DNA of 63,235 nucleotides, taken from contig JACRFQ010000043.1 of the NCBI GenBank assembly GCA_016217835.1, positions 1 to 63,235 of the forward strand, in the 5' to 3' direction. The stretch is from Candidatus Levyibacteriota bacterium. Lineage in GTDB: Bacteria > Patescibacteriota > Microgenomatia > Levybacterales > UBA12049. A program made the position numbers and the translations under genes. Every line of letters begins with the position of its first letter. The stretch's first letter is position 1. Shown here piece by piece: positions 61,435 to 63,235 of this stretch. The notes under the pieces were generated by a model. That model was given only the letters and a program-made list of their open reading frames with translations, ran no database searches and was not told the origin of the DNA.

Positions 61435-63235
61435 ATGAATAAAAGTTTTGAAGTTTCAATTATTATAGTTAACTATAATGTTGAAAGAAAAGTTTTAAAC
61501 TGCATAAAGTCACTTGTTAATTCAAAATCAAAAATTAATTTTGAAATAATAATTATAGATAACAGTGAATTTAATAATTTAGAAAAATTTATAAAGAAAT
61601 TTTCTAATGTCAGATATTTTAAGGCTTTAAAGAATTTAGGATTTGGCGGAGGAAACAACTTGGGCGCAAAATATGCCAAAGGTGAATATCTGTTTTTTTT
61701 AAATCCAGATACTCTGATAGTTGATGATGCGATTGAAAAACTTTATAAACTTATTAAATCAGACAATAAGATTGGAATAGTTTCTCCATTATTGGTAGAT
61801 AAGAATTTGCAGCCTTTCAGTACGCAAAGTAGAAAAGAATTAACACCTATTAATGCTATTTTTTCTTTTTCTTTATTAAGAAAACTATTTCCTCAAAAAA
61901 ACATATATTCAGATCCATTTTTTGAAAATTGGGATTATAAGAAGCCTATTGAAGTTGATACAGTTCCAGGCGCTGCTTTAATGATTTCTAAAAAACTTTT
62001 TGATAAAGTTAACGGATTTGATGAGAGATTTTTTCTTTACTTTGAAGAAAACGACTTATCAAAAAGGATTAAAGAATTAGGTTTTAAATTATATATAAAT
62101 CCGAACGCAAAAGTGATTCATGAGGTTGGACAAAGCATAAAGCAAATAAAAACACGAGATAGTTATTTTGAGAAAAGCAGATTTTTATATTTGAAAAAAC
62201 ATTATGGATTAGTAAAGGCTTTATTTACAGAGTCAATACTGCGAATAAATAAAACATCAGTTGTATTGTCGTTTATATTACTATCAGCATTCTTTTTAAG
62301 AATAGTAAACTTGTCGGTAAGTATGCCGTTTATCGGCGACCAGGGCTGGTTTTATTTATCGGCAAGAGACATGCTTATAGAAGGTAAAATTCCATTGGTG
62401 GGTATAACGTCAAGTCATACGTGGCTTCATCAGGGTCCTTTATGGACGTATATGCTTTCTGTGGCTCTATTGTTAGGTAAATTTAATCCATTGTCCGGTG
62501 GAATTTTAACCGCAATTTTTGGTTTAGGTTCTACGTATTTGATGTATAAATTGGGTTCAAGATTATTCTCCCAAAGAACAGGTTTAATAGCAGCGTCTTT
62601 GTATGCCGTATCGCCGCTTATTGTTTTTTTTGAGCGAATACCATTTGATCCTTCGGTAATTCCATTTTTTACCATTTTGTATTTTTATGCGGTTTTTAAA
62701 TGGGTAACGGGTAATATAAAATTTTTTCCTTTGATATTATTTTTAATTGCAATATTATATAACTTAGAACTTGCAACTTTTACTCTATTTTTCCCATTCA
62801 TCCTAATATTGATCTACGGATTTGTTAAGCGAAAGAATTTTGTTATTAAGTTATTAAATTTTAAAACATTTATTTATTCTTTAATATCTTTACTAATTCC
62901 CATGATTCCAATATTGATATATGATTTTTCAAACGGATTTAAGCAAACCGTTATATTTTTAGGTTGGATAATTTATAAGCCTTTTAGTTTTTTAATAAAT
63001 CATTCTTCAGGTAATTTAACCTCAAATGTCAACATAATTGTAAGTTTTATTTTAGTTAATATTCAGAAATTAATTTTTCAAACAAATTTGTTACTGGCTG
63101 TAATAATTTTTTTATCAAGCGTAGCATTATTAATGCATTTGGTGTTTGAAGAAAAAAGCGATAAGATTACAAATTCAAAATTCTTGCTTCTTTTTTTACT
63201 AATAATATCTTTTGCTGGTATATTGCTAAATCAAA
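61435..63235 (+). CDS. fusion protein, GT2 glycosyltransferase + GT-C (ArnT/PMT_2-like) membrane domain; 3' end runs off the window (not in the supplied ORF track)
   Basis: I translated frame 61435 by hand and found no stop through 63235, giving at least 600 codons. The GT2 part reads VSIIIVNYNVERKVLNCIKSL..IIIDNSE..LGFGGGNNLG..FLNPDT. The GT-C part reads GDQGWFYLSARDM..GPLWTYM..LGSRLFSQRTGLIAASLYAVSPL. Confidence 0.8.
   Translation, partial: MNKSFEVSIIIVNYNVERKVLNCIKSLVNSKSKINFEIIIIDNSEFNNLEKFIKKFSNVRYFKALKNLGFGGGNNLGAKYAKGEYLFFLNPDTLIVDDAIEKLYKLIKSDNKIGIVSPLLVDKNLQPFSTQSRKELTPINAIFSFSLLRKLFPQKNIYSDPFFENWDYKKPIEVDTVPGAALMISKKLFDKVNGFDERFFLYFEENDLSKRIKELGFKLYINPNAKVIHEVGQSIKQIKTRDSYFEKSRFLYLKKHYGLVKALFTESILRINKTSVVLSFILLSAFFLRIVNLSVSMPFIGDQGWFYLSARDMLIEGKIPLVGITSSHTWLHQGPLWTYMLSVALLLGKFNPLSGGILTAIFGLGSTYLMYKLGSRLFSQRTGLIAASLYAVSPLIVFFERIPFDPSVIPFFTILYFYAVFKWVTGNIKFFPLILFLIAILYNLELATFTLFFPFILILIYGFVKRKNFVIKLLNFKTFIYSLISLLIPMIPILIYDFSNGFKQTVIFLGWIIYKPFSFLINHSSGNLTSNVNIIVSFILVNIQKLIFQTNLLLAVIIFLSSVALLMHLVFEEKSDKITNSKFLLLFLLIISFAGILLNQ

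Noticed and set aside
1-63235. CRISPR arrays, rRNA genes, prophage or defence-system genes
   Set aside because: I saw no regularly spaced direct repeats, no rRNA-like conserved blocks, and no integrase, nuclease-ATPase or restriction-type gene. The only mobile gene is the IS30 transposase.

Overview
AT-rich, very gene-dense bacterial chromosome segment of 63,235 nt. I found no rRNA gene and no CRISPR array. The gene content suggests a Candidate Phyla Radiation / Patescibacteria (Microgenomates-like) genome, but this is inference only. The supporting traits are a compact dcw cluster with N-terminally short Mur ligases, a DUF4012 protein, many GT2 and GT-C glycosyltransferases, and few Shine-Dalgarno sites. 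Layout: (1) 1-4.5 kb holds a sugar transferase, a DUF4012 envelope protein, recO and glyQS. (2) 4.5-8.7 kb holds a YerC/TrpR-like regulator, two small anchored proteins and a 751-aa secreted M23 peptidase, all associated with three identical copies of a perfect palindrome. (3) 8.8-11.1 kb holds an MFS transporter and small membrane or secreted proteins. (4) 11.2-27.2 kb is a complete-looking division/cell-wall cluster running mraZ-rsmH-ftsL-ftsI-murF-(DUF192, opposite strand)-murE-murC-murA-nucleotidyltransferase-mraY-ftsW-murG-ftsQ-ftsA-ftsZ, with a textbook triple MraZ box upstream. (5) 27.3-31.0 kb is a tight four-gene operon of alpha/beta hydrolase, CapA-like metallophosphatase, ThpR (2H phosphoesterase) and RtcB RNA ligase. 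(6) 31-37.5 kb holds ileS with an unusual 270-nt upstream region, rodA, rplU, rpmA, an orphan parB and lepB. (7) 37.6-37.8 kb holds tRNA-Val(CAC) followed by a GC-rich tRNA-like element that I cannot assign. (8) 37.8-40.9 kb holds a secreted LamG/C39-like peptidase protein and a complete IS30-family element. (9) 41.0-63.2 kb is a large surface-glycan island. It contains 5 methyltransferases, GT2 and GT4 enzymes, two polyprenyl-phosphate sugar synthases, at least five GT-C-type membrane proteins (two fused to GT2 domains), a split minimal transketolase, a WlbA/B/C-like diacetamido-sugar triad and a Wzx flippase. It ends in an ORF, absent from the supplied track, that is open to the window edge. 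The most interesting items are the palindrome/YerC-like local regulon, the lipid-carrier-dependent glycosylation island, the RtcB-ThpR-CapA-hydrolase operon, the tRNA-like element, and a recurrent promoter architecture in which (TGn)TATAAT boxes abut start codons and imply leaderless mRNAs.
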